DNA of 24,000 nucleotides from Sporomusaceae bacterium FL31 (GCA_003990955.1 BIFV01000008.1:93066-117065); one strand, 5' to 3'; counted from the first letter of the stretch, positions 8,927 to 15,677 are shown. A program made the numbers and translations. The notes: generated by a model from the sequence alone, not told the origin.

Positions 8927-10050
8927 AGGGAGTCACCGCCAACTCTTACCTTTTGCCCTTCGTTGAGTTTATGTACTCCAGCGGTTACAATACGCTCACC
9001 TTGCTGCAAGCCTTCAAGAATCTGAATAGTTCCATCACCAAACTTGCCGGTTTTGACAAATCGTAAAGTAATGGTATCACCTAAAACTACCCAAACAGCC
9101 GGGGAATCGCCTTTTTGGTAAATGGCTGAAAGCGGAATCGTGATAGCTTGCTGTCCATTGTCGCCAATTAATGTTACAGCAGCGGTCATCCCTAGTTTTA
9201 TTTCAGGCGGCGGATTGATTAAACTAATCCGAACCTTAAAGGTGCGGGTGGTTTGGTCAGCCATTGGTGCGATTTCTCTCACCGTGCCTTGAACGATTAG
9301 ATTGGATAATGCCCAAAAAGCTACTTTCACTTCTTTAGCCTTACGCAGTTCTTCAATGCGATTTTCTGGTACACTGATTTCCACTTCGCGCTCACCGTCC
9401 TGGACTACCGTTACAACGGGTTGCCCTGAGCTGACAATTTGCCCCATTTCGGCTGAAATGCTGGCTACAACACCAGGCTTATCAGCCCGCAGCAGACTGT
9501 AATCCAGCTGATTGGCACCTTGAGAATATTGAGCCTGAGCCTGCCGGACCCCGGCAACGGCTACATTGTAAACATTCAAATATTGGTCATATTGAGAACG
9601 GCTGATAGCGCCGCTTTCCACCAATTCACGATAACGCTTAAGATTACTTTCTGCTAATTGCAGCTGCGATTCAGCCGAATACACCTGGGCGGAATTGCTG
9701 TTTACCGTTTGTACGATATCCTTGGCGTCAATTTGCATGAGCACATCACCAGTATTGACGACACTGCCCAATTGGACATTTCTTTTTGTAATTTTCCCAT
9801 TGACCTGAAAGGCGAGTTGGCTTTCATAGCGACCGCGTACTTCTCCTGAATAGGTATAGCCTTGCGCTGTTCCTGTACTGCCAATAACAGCGGTGCGTAC
9901 GATTGTACTTTCTTCAGTTACCGGTTTAACACTGGTATGTTTTGCCCAAAAAATGCTGCCTCCAATAACACATAAGCCAACACCTGCTGCAAGTAATCCG
10001 TAAACCAGTTTCTGCCTGGGCCATTTAGTAAAAAAATCAAACTGTATCAT
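8923..10050 (-). CDS. RND efflux periplasmic adaptor (membrane fusion protein, HlyD_D23-like)
   Basis: 375 aa. N-terminal membrane anchor (LVYGLLAAGVGLCVIGGSIFWA). Lipoyl/barrel-sandwich motifs (GKITKRNVQLGSVVNTGDVLMQID). Coiled-coil hairpin (AESQLQLAESNLKRYRELVESGAISRSQYDQ). Beta-barrel C-terminus (GMTAAVTL..PAVWVV). Translationally coupled to the genes on both sides. Confidence 0.92.
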   Translation of the reverse strand: MIQFDFFTKWPRQKLVYGLLAAGVGLCVIGGSIFWAKHTSVKPVTEESTIVRTAVIGSTGTAQGYTYSGEVRGRYESQLAFQVNGKITKRNVQLGSVVNTGDVLMQIDAKDIVQTVNSNSAQVYSAESQLQLAESNLKRYRELVESGAISRSQYDQYLNVYNVAVAGVRQAQAQYSQGANQLDYSLLRADKPGVVASISAEMGQIVSSGQPVVTVVQDGEREVEISVPENRIEELRKAKEVKVAFWALSNLIVQGTVREIAPMADQTTRTFKVRISLINPPPEIKLGMTAAVTLIGDNGQQAITIPLSAIYQKGDSPAVWVVLGDTITLRFVKTGKFGDGTIQILEGLQQGERIVTAGVHKLNEGQKVRVGGDSL

Positions 10051-10280
10051 TGCTCTTCTCCTTCACTTTCGCAGAAATTCAAAGGTATACACTGCAAAAC
10101 CGGTTTCTCGTATGCCAAGAGATGAATCATCCGGCCGGCACAGCGGATTTCGATTCTCCCGACCTGTCTGCCTTCCCAAGTCCAGGCCTGTTTCAACTCG
10201 GATACAAGGTGAAAAACTTGCTCCTGTGACAGCAAGGAATCTGCCACAACAGGAATTCCTTGAACAATAGTCGTACACAC
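10047..10280 (-). CDS. Small soluble Cys-rich protein of unknown function (77 aa from GTG; 82 aa from the track ATG at 10295)
   Basis: Track ORF 10047..10295. GGGAGGAG lies inside the first codons of the ATG version, 7 nt upstream of GTG at 10280-10278, so the GTG start is favoured. The stop overlaps the adaptor start (ATGA at 10047-10050). No TM segment or signal peptide, 5 Cys, acidic tail ESEGEEQ. I do not recognise the family. Confidence 0.5.
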   Translation of the reverse strand: MCTTIVQGIPVVADSLLSQEQVFHLVSELKQAWTWEGRQVGRIEIRCAGRMIHLLAYEKPVLQCIPLNFCESEGEEQ

Positions 10281-10339
10281 TGGTTCTCCTCCCATCTGAT
10301 AAATTACAGGTACTCAAATACCAGCTCTAAAAATCTTCT

Positions 10340-10367
10340 TAATTAATTGACTCAATTCAATTAATTA
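10340..10367. promoter_or_regulatory. Palindromic operator upstream of the small-ORF/RND operon (putative site for the adjacent TetR)
   Basis: TAATTAATTGA-CTCAAT-TCAATTAATTA has perfect 11-bp arms (core ATTAATTGA / TCAATTAAT). It lies between the TetR terminator and the operon start. A near-identical core recurs at 11059-11082. Confidence 0.65.
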
Positions 10368-10370
10368 GCA

Positions 10371-10408
10371 AAAAAAGCGCTCCTTCAGATTTCTGAAAAG
10401 CGTTTTTT
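10371..10408 (-). terminator. Rho-independent terminator after the TetR gene (bidirectional shape)
   Basis: Minus strand reads AAAAAACGC-TTTTCAG-AAAT-CTGAAGG-AGCGC-TTTTTTT. The stem has a small internal loop and is flanked by A and T runs. It starts 6 nt after the TetR stop. Confidence 0.7.
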
Positions 10409-10413
10409 GTTTG

Positions 10414-11055
10414 TTAGTACAATTCGTTGTTGATAAGAAGCTCAATGGTATCCGGCTCCGCGCCTAAGGCAGTTTCAATAAGCTTTTCGGCCATTTTAAA
10501 TTGGTAATGAAGGATTTCTGCAGGCACTCGTTCGTAAATAGCATTTATTAAAGAATCAAGAATGGCTAGAATAATATTGACTGCGGCTTGTGGATGAGCC
10601 GCATGATAATAGTGTTCGCGATTTCCTTCTTCAATAATTTCCAACAATAATGGTGCCAATAACCGGTCACCTTGCCGCGCTAACTTATCTAAGAAATGGA
10701 TGGTTCCATCATTATAAAGGAATTCGAATGCCAAGCCATCCTCATGAAACAACGATTGTAATAAGGTTTGTATAACAACCTGGAGTTTATTGCATAAAGG
10801 AATTTCATTAGAATGAATCATTCTTTGCGCTTTCGCTATAAAATTACTCAGTTCTCGATTAATTAACGCCTCTAAAATTTCCTCTTTGGACTTAAAGTAA
10901 TAATAAATCGTCCCCTGAGCAACTCCCATCTTTTTCGCGATATCACTAATAGCCGTTTCATAATACCCTTTTAAATAAAACAGTGGTTCAGCAGCATTTA
11001 AAATTTCAGTAATCCGTATTTGGGGATCTTGTGGCGGCCTGGCCATGTTTATCAC
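10414..11055 (-). CDS. TetR/AcrR family transcriptional regulator (213 aa)
   Basis: N-terminal HTH: ITEILNAAEPLFYLKGYYETAISDIAKKMGVAQGTIYYYFKSKEEIL. Helical C-terminal ligand domain. RBS GAGGTGA upstream. Adjacent to the RND genes. Confidence 0.9.
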   Translation of the reverse strand: MINMARPPQDPQIRITEILNAAEPLFYLKGYYETAISDIAKKMGVAQGTIYYYFKSKEEILEALINRELSNFIAKAQRMIHSNEIPLCNKLQVVIQTLLQSLFHEDGLAFEFLYNDGTIHFLDKLARQGDRLLAPLLLEIIEEGNREHYYHAAHPQAAVNIILAILDSLINAIYERVPAEILHYQFKMAEKLIETALGAEPDTIELLINNELY

Positions 11056-11058
11056 CTC

Positions 11059-11082
11059 ATTAATTGACTCGATTCAAATTAT
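11059..11082. promoter_or_regulatory. Second copy of the operator, overlapping the TetR (10414-11055) promoter -10 and leader
   Basis: ATTAATTGA-CTCGAT-TCAAATTAT is an imperfect palindrome. It shares TTAATTGACTC(A/G)ATTCAA (17/18 identical) with the site at 10343-10360. Confidence 0.6.
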
Positions 11083-11107
11083 ATAATACCGCCTTGAAAA
11101 TCGTCAA
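11078..11107 (-). promoter_or_regulatory. Sigma-A-type promoter of the TetR gene
   Basis: Minus strand reads TTGACG (11107-11102), an 18-nt spacer, then TATAAT (11083-11078). This is 22 nt upstream of the start codon region. Confidence 0.55.
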
Positions 11108-11179
11108 CAATTATTTTCCATTCCTTTACAATATTTAAACTAACCTCTGATTTGCTGTAAAGTAAAATTAATAAACATC

Positions 11180-11208
11180 TTTACTGCACCGTCTGGACGG
11201 TATATAAT
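11180..11208 (+). promoter_or_regulatory. Sigma-A-type promoter of the TetR-SMR operon with an embedded operator palindrome
   Basis: TTTACT (11180-11185), a 17-nt spacer, then TATAAT (11203-11208). The spacer contains the palindrome ACCGTC-TG-GACGGT (11188-11201). Confidence 0.6.
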
Positions 11209-11234
11209 AAATTTAAACACCCAGGAGGTAAACC

Positions 11235-11795
11235 ATGAAAAATTGCCACTCTAATGAAACCATTGATACAAAACAAAAAATACTGCAGGCTGCTGCTCAA
11301 GTGATTCATACAAGCGGCGTACTGGCATTAACCTTAGAAGCCGTTGCAAAAGAAGCCCAGATCAGCAAGGGTGGCTTGCTGTACCACTTTCCCAGTAAAG
11401 ATGCCTTGTTGCAAGGTATGAATGACTATTTATTGCATGGCTTTATTGCTGAAGTCGAAAATTATGCCAGCCAAGATCCTAGTGAAAAAGGGAAATGGAC
11501 CAGAGCCTATGCCGAAGCAACCTTCAGCCAACCAGACAGTGAGCTTGCTATGAATGTCGCATTTTTGGCTGCGGCTGCAACAAACACTGAACTATTAAAG
11601 GCAATGGCGAAACATCTACAAGTACTGCAAACGCGAATTGAGAATGACCAGCTTGACCCCATTGTTTCGACAGTCATCAGACTGGCCGTTGATGGGTTGT
11701 ACTTCAATCAGTTGTATGGGATGAACCTGAGAAAAGATGCTCATGAGAAGGTTCTAAACTATTTAATTTCATTAACGAAGGAGAACTTACAATGA
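11235..11795 (+). CDS. TetR family transcriptional regulator (186 aa)
   Basis: HTH: KQKILQAAAQVIHTSGVLALTLEAVAKEAQISKGGLLYHFPSKDALL. RBS AGGAGGT upstream. The stop overlaps the SMR start (ATGA at 11792-11795). Confidence 0.9.
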   Translation: MKNCHSNETIDTKQKILQAAAQVIHTSGVLALTLEAVAKEAQISKGGLLYHFPSKDALLQGMNDYLLHGFIAEVENYASQDPSEKGKWTRAYAEATFSQPDSELAMNVAFLAAAATNTELLKAMAKHLQVLQTRIENDQLDPIVSTVIRLAVDGLYFNQLYGMNLRKDAHEKVLNYLISLTKENLQ

Positions 11796-12118
11796 GTGGA
11801 TATGTCTTGTTAGGGATAGCCATTGCCTTCGAAGTATTTTCCACGTCTATGCTGAAAGCCTCCGCAGGCTTTTCAAAACTTCTCCCCAGCCTTGCGTTTA
11901 TTGTCGGAATGGGAACTTCCTTTTATACCATTTCCCAAGCCATGAATTCTATTCCATTAAACATCGCCTATGCCATCTGGTCAGGATTAGGAACGGTTTT
12001 GACGGCATTGATCGCCGTTTTTATTTGGAAAGAGCCTGTAAACCTGTATACCGGCGTAGGAATAGCCTTCATCATCACCGGCGTAGTGCTGCTTAACTTG
12101 AAAGGTCCGGGGCATTAA
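11792..12118 (+). CDS. SMR-family small multidrug efflux protein (EmrE/QacE-like, 108 aa)
   Basis: Four predicted TM helices. Conserved membrane-embedded Glu in TM1 (GIAIAFEVFSTSMLKAS). Motif NIAYAIWSGLGTVLTALI. Confidence 0.9.
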   Translation: MSGYVLLGIAIAFEVFSTSMLKASAGFSKLLPSLAFIVGMGTSFYTISQAMNSIPLNIAYAIWSGLGTVLTALIAVFIWKEPVNLYTGVGIAFIITGVVLLNLKGPGH

Positions 12119-12142
12119 TCCGAACCGTCAATAAGCTAGGAG

Positions 12143-12172
12143 GCTCCACAGCGCTTAAAAGCTTTGTGGAGC
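12143..12172. terminator. Hairpin between convergent genes (SMR and DUF169-like)
   Basis: GCTCCACA-N14-TGTGGAGC, an 8-bp GC-rich stem. U-tracts are weak on both strands. Confidence 0.45.
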
Positions 12173-12191
12173 TTCTGCGATGATGTCATTC

Positions 12192-12914
12192 TTATCCTTG
12201 ATCGTGCCGAATGCGGTTCACTACCCTGCTCCATTCAGGCTTGTCAAGAAAACTGCCAGCTATATTGTCCTCCATTTCTTTAAACATGGCATATGGTACA
12301 CTAAATGACAGCAAATCAGCATCAATACAGGGGCGTGCCGAAACATCCAGCATACCGATAACCGCTCGCGGTTGTTCCTGGTGCGCTTCGTTCCAAGGCA
12401 GCAGACAAACAGTCTGGCAGCCTGACGCGAAGGGTACGATCACATTATTAAGACCCGTGCGTCCATAATTGGCTAAAACAACAAGCCCGGTTAATTGATC
12501 GGGATTAGCGTAAAACACCACGACCTTTGGTTCTTCTTTAGCTGCATCAATCTCTGCCAGCGGTGTAAATAACACGTATTGTTCAGGTATACTCGTAAGA
12601 GGAATAGAATCCATAAAATTCTTCGCCAGTTCAGGTGTCTTTTTAAAAGCCTCATTTCCTGTAGACAGAAAAAGCTCAGTCCCCTCCGAGTACTGATCCA
12701 CCAAGCCTAATCCGACTCCCCCTCCCTCACAGCCAAAAGTAGTACGGCTAAAAACAGCGCTGCGCCCCTTGGCAGCTGCAGTTAGCAGGGCTGTAACACA
12801 CCCCCATTTCCCTTCGGCAAATTCCAGTGCACCTGGAGGTCTCTCGTTTGTAAATAGAATGCCTATCGGAGAATATCTGAGTTTCAGTCTTTGTGCAATT
12901 TCACTCTGCATCAC
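12192..12914 (-). CDS. DUF169-like uncharacterised protein (240 aa)
   Basis: Size and motifs as I remember them for DUF169/COG2043: PIGILF near the N-terminus, WGCVTALL, TFGCEGGGVGLGL, FASGCQTVCLLPW. GGAGG RBS at 12921-12925. Start is GTG 12914 or ATG 12911. Family assignment is from memory, not from a search. Confidence 0.65.
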   Translation of the reverse strand: MMQSEIAQRLKLRYSPIGILFTNERPPGALEFAEGKWGCVTALLTAAAKGRSAVFSRTTFGCEGGGVGLGLVDQYSEGTELFLSTGNEAFKKTPELAKNFMDSIPLTSIPEQYVLFTPLAEIDAAKEEPKVVVFYANPDQLTGLVVLANYGRTGLNNVIVPFASGCQTVCLLPWNEAHQEQPRAVIGMLDVSARPCIDADLLSFSVPYAMFKEMEDNIAGSFLDKPEWSRVVNRIRHDQG

Positions 12915-13059
12915 GAATTGCCTCCTCTTATGCTAAATTACTACCAGTATACTCCGCACAACTAACATGGTGGAAATGCTTTATTGGTCTAACGGTATTA
13001 CAAAAAAGCATAATAGGGCAGCAATTGATCACAGGAACACTGATAGGGAGGAAGAAAAA

Positions 13060-13965
13060 ATGGACATTAAGCAATTGCGATATTTTATGGCTACCGCAAA
13101 ACATCTAAACTTTACAGAGGCAGCCAAGCATCTATTCATCGCGCAACCAGCTTTAAGCAGGCAAATCGCTGATTTAGAAGCTTGCCTGAATGTACAACTA
13201 TTTATCCGCAACAAGCGTGGTCTTCAACTAACCGCTGCTGGTGCAGAATTATTGAGCGAAGCCCACGCAATTATCGCAAAGTCAGAAGAAGCCGTTCGCA
13301 AAGTCAAATTAGTAGCTTCCGGCGTGAAGGGTAGTTTGAAAGTCGGTTATTTAGGTACCTCGGAGCGAAAATTTCTTCCACAACTACTCCGTACGTTCTG
13401 CAAGAAGAATCCTCATATTGGACTATCGGTTAACCAGTCTAATTGGGCAACTTTGAGTGACGCCTTAGATACAGGGGAACTAGATGTAGCATTTACCCTT
13501 ACTTTTGGACTTGAGGCTATTCCTGCTCTTTGCTGCGAAACCGTCTATACTGAATTTCTGTCTTTAGTCGTTTCTGACCAGCATCCGCTTGCTCATGAGA
13601 GCAAGGTAAAGCTAACCGCTTTAACAAAGGAATCGTTTATCCTAATCGCTCGCTCCGAATCACCTCACCTCTTTGATCATCTTCTAAGGATATTTGCTAC
13701 CGAAGGTTTTTACCCAAACATTATCAGTCAACATGCTCTAGTCGAAACAGTGTTGATGCTGGTAGAAGCCGGCCTCGGTGTTACCCTTCTTTCACGTCAC
13801 GTAAAAAACTACGCCTCACCATCGCTCCGGTTCGTTGATATAGACCACAGCAACGCCAGTGTTGATCTTGTCATGGTATGGAAAGCCACTAATACCAATC
13901 CCTGTATTCCTCTATTTCTTTCTGAATTGAAAGATTCACTGCAATCTTCTAATATAAACGTATAG
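13060..13965 (+). CDS. LysR family transcriptional regulator (301 aa)
   Basis: MDIKQLRYFMATAKHLNFTEAAKHLFIAQPALSRQIADLE is the canonical LysR wHTH. A substrate-binding domain follows. GGGAGGAAG RBS lies before ATG 13060. The track ORF start at 12967 adds 31 non-LysR residues and has no SD. Divergent from the DUF169-like gene. Confidence 0.9.
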   Translation: MDIKQLRYFMATAKHLNFTEAAKHLFIAQPALSRQIADLEACLNVQLFIRNKRGLQLTAAGAELLSEAHAIIAKSEEAVRKVKLVASGVKGSLKVGYLGTSERKFLPQLLRTFCKKNPHIGLSVNQSNWATLSDALDTGELDVAFTLTFGLEAIPALCCETVYTEFLSLVVSDQHPLAHESKVKLTALTKESFILIARSESPHLFDHLLRIFATEGFYPNIISQHALVETVLMLVEAGLGVTLLSRHVKNYASPSLRFVDIDHSNASVDLVMVWKATNTNPCIPLFLSELKDSLQSSNINV

Positions 13966-13976
13966 GTGGCTGTAAA

Positions 13977-14025
13977 AAGCAATAAACCAAGACTTGAAAG
14001 ATCATCAGGTCTTGGTTTATTGCTT
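13977..14025. terminator. Strong bidirectional hairpin between convergent LysR and OMP genes
   Basis: Perfect 17-bp stem AAGCAATAAACCAAGAC / GTCTTGGTTTATTGCTT with a 15-nt loop. Confidence 0.75.
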
Positions 14026-14034
14026 TCCAATCGA

Positions 14035-14628
14035 TTAAATTTTATAAGTAAATCCAATCCCAAAGCCACGGAAGTCTTCTTGTAAATTTCTAGAATCTAT
14101 GTTTCTAAATTCAAGATGACGATAGGTAGCCGTTAATTCGAGGTTCTTTTGTATTTGATATGAAAGCCCAAATTCTATATTGGCCGAATGATCACTGCCC
14201 CCCAAATTGCCGAATAATAGGGTACCATGGCCTACACTTTTCATGCCAATAATACCGCCTTGCACCAAATTCTTTTGGGGCAGCTCATGTCCGGAAATCA
14301 TCTCATGCCCCTTGGTAAGTGAGTACCCGGCATAAAGTTGAATACTAGGATTCATTTTATAAATCAGATTGAGTTCTTTATTATTTGTATAAAGTTTGCT
14401 ACCCTCATAGGCGGGGTTGAAACTAATTTGACGATAATTCAACGCCCAACGGTCATTTAAACCGGCTGTTCCGCTAAATTCCCAATTATTCTTGCCTCCT
14501 CTGAAAGAATCTGGCTTCCAGTTTACATCAAGCGCCATATGTCCAGGAGAAAAATCCTGCAAAGGGCTGGCATAGCCGCCTTGACAATAAAGCAGCAATG
14601 TCAATACGAGTAGCATTCTTTTCCACAT
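14035..14628 (-). CDS. Small outer-membrane beta-barrel protein (OmpW/OmpX-size, about 197 aa)
   Basis: Track ORF 14035..14646. Signal peptide MWKRMLLVLTLLLYCQGGYA/SP. Alternating hydrophobic/aromatic strands (WALNYRQISF, IQLYAGYSL, LELTATYRHLEF). OMP-like C-terminus FGIGFTYKI. The start at 14628 has an upstream AAAGGAA. Confidence 0.65.
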   Translation of the reverse strand: MWKRMLLVLTLLLYCQGGYASPLQDFSPGHMALDVNWKPDSFRGGKNNWEFSGTAGLNDRWALNYRQISFNPAYEGSKLYTNNKELNLIYKMNPSIQLYAGYSLTKGHEMISGHELPQKNLVQGGIIGMKSVGHGTLLFGNLGGSDHSANIEFGLSYQIQKNLELTATYRHLEFRNIDSRNLQEDFRGFGIGFTYKI

Positions 14629-14951
14629 AAAAATCATTCCTTTCACTCAGTAAAATTTTTTTAAGCATCAATAAATACTTAAAAAAATTAAACGATGTTA
14701 CTTTAAATCTTTTTATTTATATTATGGAAAATAATACCAAAATATACTGTAATAATAAAACGTACTTGGCAGAATTTGTAGCATTTAATAAATAAGGCTT
14801 GCTAGCCATAACCTATTAACTTATTCTTATGTTTGGAGAAAAAGTATAATTAACCTCGAATCTTCCACGGATAAAACTTAGTAAGTCGCCGTAAGCTATG
14901 TAATAAGATGTGAACAACAGTCTACAACACCTATAAATCGGAGGAGATAAC

Positions 14952-15101
14952 ATGACCAAGCCCGAAGCTTACCCTGTCGATTTACCAAATGAACCTAAGC
15001 ATACAAAAAATCATGAGCATCATATGCCTGAGCCACTTTCAGGATCTAAGAAAGTAAAAAATCATAACCACACTGGCGAGCGCCACGGAGAAGGATCCTA
15101 G
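14952..15101 (+). CDS. sspP: Small acid-soluble spore protein, SspP-like (49 aa)
   Basis: Below the ORF-track size cutoff. GGAGGAG lies 6 nt upstream of the ATG. Product: MTKPEAYPVDLPNEPKHTKNHEHHMPEPLSGSKKVKNHNHTGERHGEGS. The segment PEPLSGSKKVKN.NHT matches my recollection of Bacillus subtilis SspP. A 13-bp perfect hairpin follows 13 nt after the stop. Confidence 0.7.
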   Translation: MTKPEAYPVDLPNEPKHTKNHEHHMPEPLSGSKKVKNHNHTGERHGEGS

Positions 15102-15114
15102 TCATTACAACAAA

Positions 15115-15149
15115 TGCCCTACAGTTCTTGAAATTGAACTGTAGGGCAC
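15115..15149. terminator. Bidirectional terminator between sspP-like gene and the 108-aa gene
   Basis: TGCCCTACAGTTC-N8-GAACTGTAGGGCA, a perfect 13-bp stem with T-rich flanks. Confidence 0.7.
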
Positions 15150-15169
15150 AATTATTCATTTCTTGGTTT

Positions 15170-15496
15170 TTAATTGCTTTCTTTTCCACCATTTAAAGCT
15201 TTTTGCAGCATTGCCGCGGCAGCCTGAACAACCTTCTTGGTTTTTCCGCCAATGATAATATGGTATTCGGGTTTCCACCAGGATCCGCCAACCTTACCAA
15301 AAATAATGTTAGTCTGCGGATATGTTTCTGCTACTTTTTTCACGCTACTGGAAATATGTGATTTAAATAGAAAAAGAATCGATAATGACAGTTCGCTGCG
15401 AACGGGGTTCTGGACACGATAGATCCGATTGTCATCTTTAATGAGTGGCTTATCATTAATCTGAAATTGTTTTTCTTGCTTATGTTGATGTTGCAC
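15170..15496 (-). CDS. Hypothetical protein, 108 aa, family not recognised
   Basis: Track ORF. GTG start with GGGGGGA 5 nt upstream. Bracketed by terminators. Basic/His-rich N-terminus (MQHQHKQEKQ). Central hydrophobic stretch (LSLSILFLF). C-terminal WWKPEYHIIIGGKTKKVVQAAAAMLQKAL. Confidence 0.5.
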   Translation of the reverse strand: MQHQHKQEKQFQINDKPLIKDDNRIYRVQNPVRSELSLSILFLFKSHISSSVKKVAETYPQTNIIFGKVGGSWWKPEYHIIIGGKTKKVVQAAAAMLQKALNGGKESN

Positions 15497-15589
15497 GTTT
15501 GTCCCCCCTTTTATTATATTTTGATTTTATCAGGAATGACCATGAAAACATATACCCAATTTCAGTAAAATTTTCTATGAAAAGAAAAT

Positions 15590-15647
15590 GACAAGGGAAC
15601 GTCCTTTTCTCTGCCAACCTTCGACAAAATAGGATCGTCCTCTTGTC
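15590..15647 (-). terminator. Long imperfect hairpin plus U-tract after the ECF S-component gene
   Basis: Minus strand reads GACAAGAGGACGATCC...GGACGTTCCCTTGTC followed by ATTTTCTTTTC. It begins about 30 nt after the stop at 15678. Confidence 0.6.
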
Positions 15648-15677
15648 TACCTAATTATACCGGTAACAGTCTCTTTG

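Noticed and set aside
9302-10317. Track ORFs 9302..9502(+), 9658..9849(+), 9702..9884(-) and 10063..10317(-)
   Set aside because: The first three are nested in the adaptor gene. The last is an alternative frame of the small upstream ORF. It lacks an SD, whereas the 10047..10280/10295 frame has GGGAGGAG and a coupled ATGA stop-start.
12967-13059. N-terminal 31-codon extension of the LysR ORF, and track ORFs 12893..13108(+) and 13029..13214(-)
   Set aside because: The LysR wHTH begins at MDIKQLRYF, which has a strong GGGAGGAAG SD. The extension has none and would overlap the divergent promoter region.
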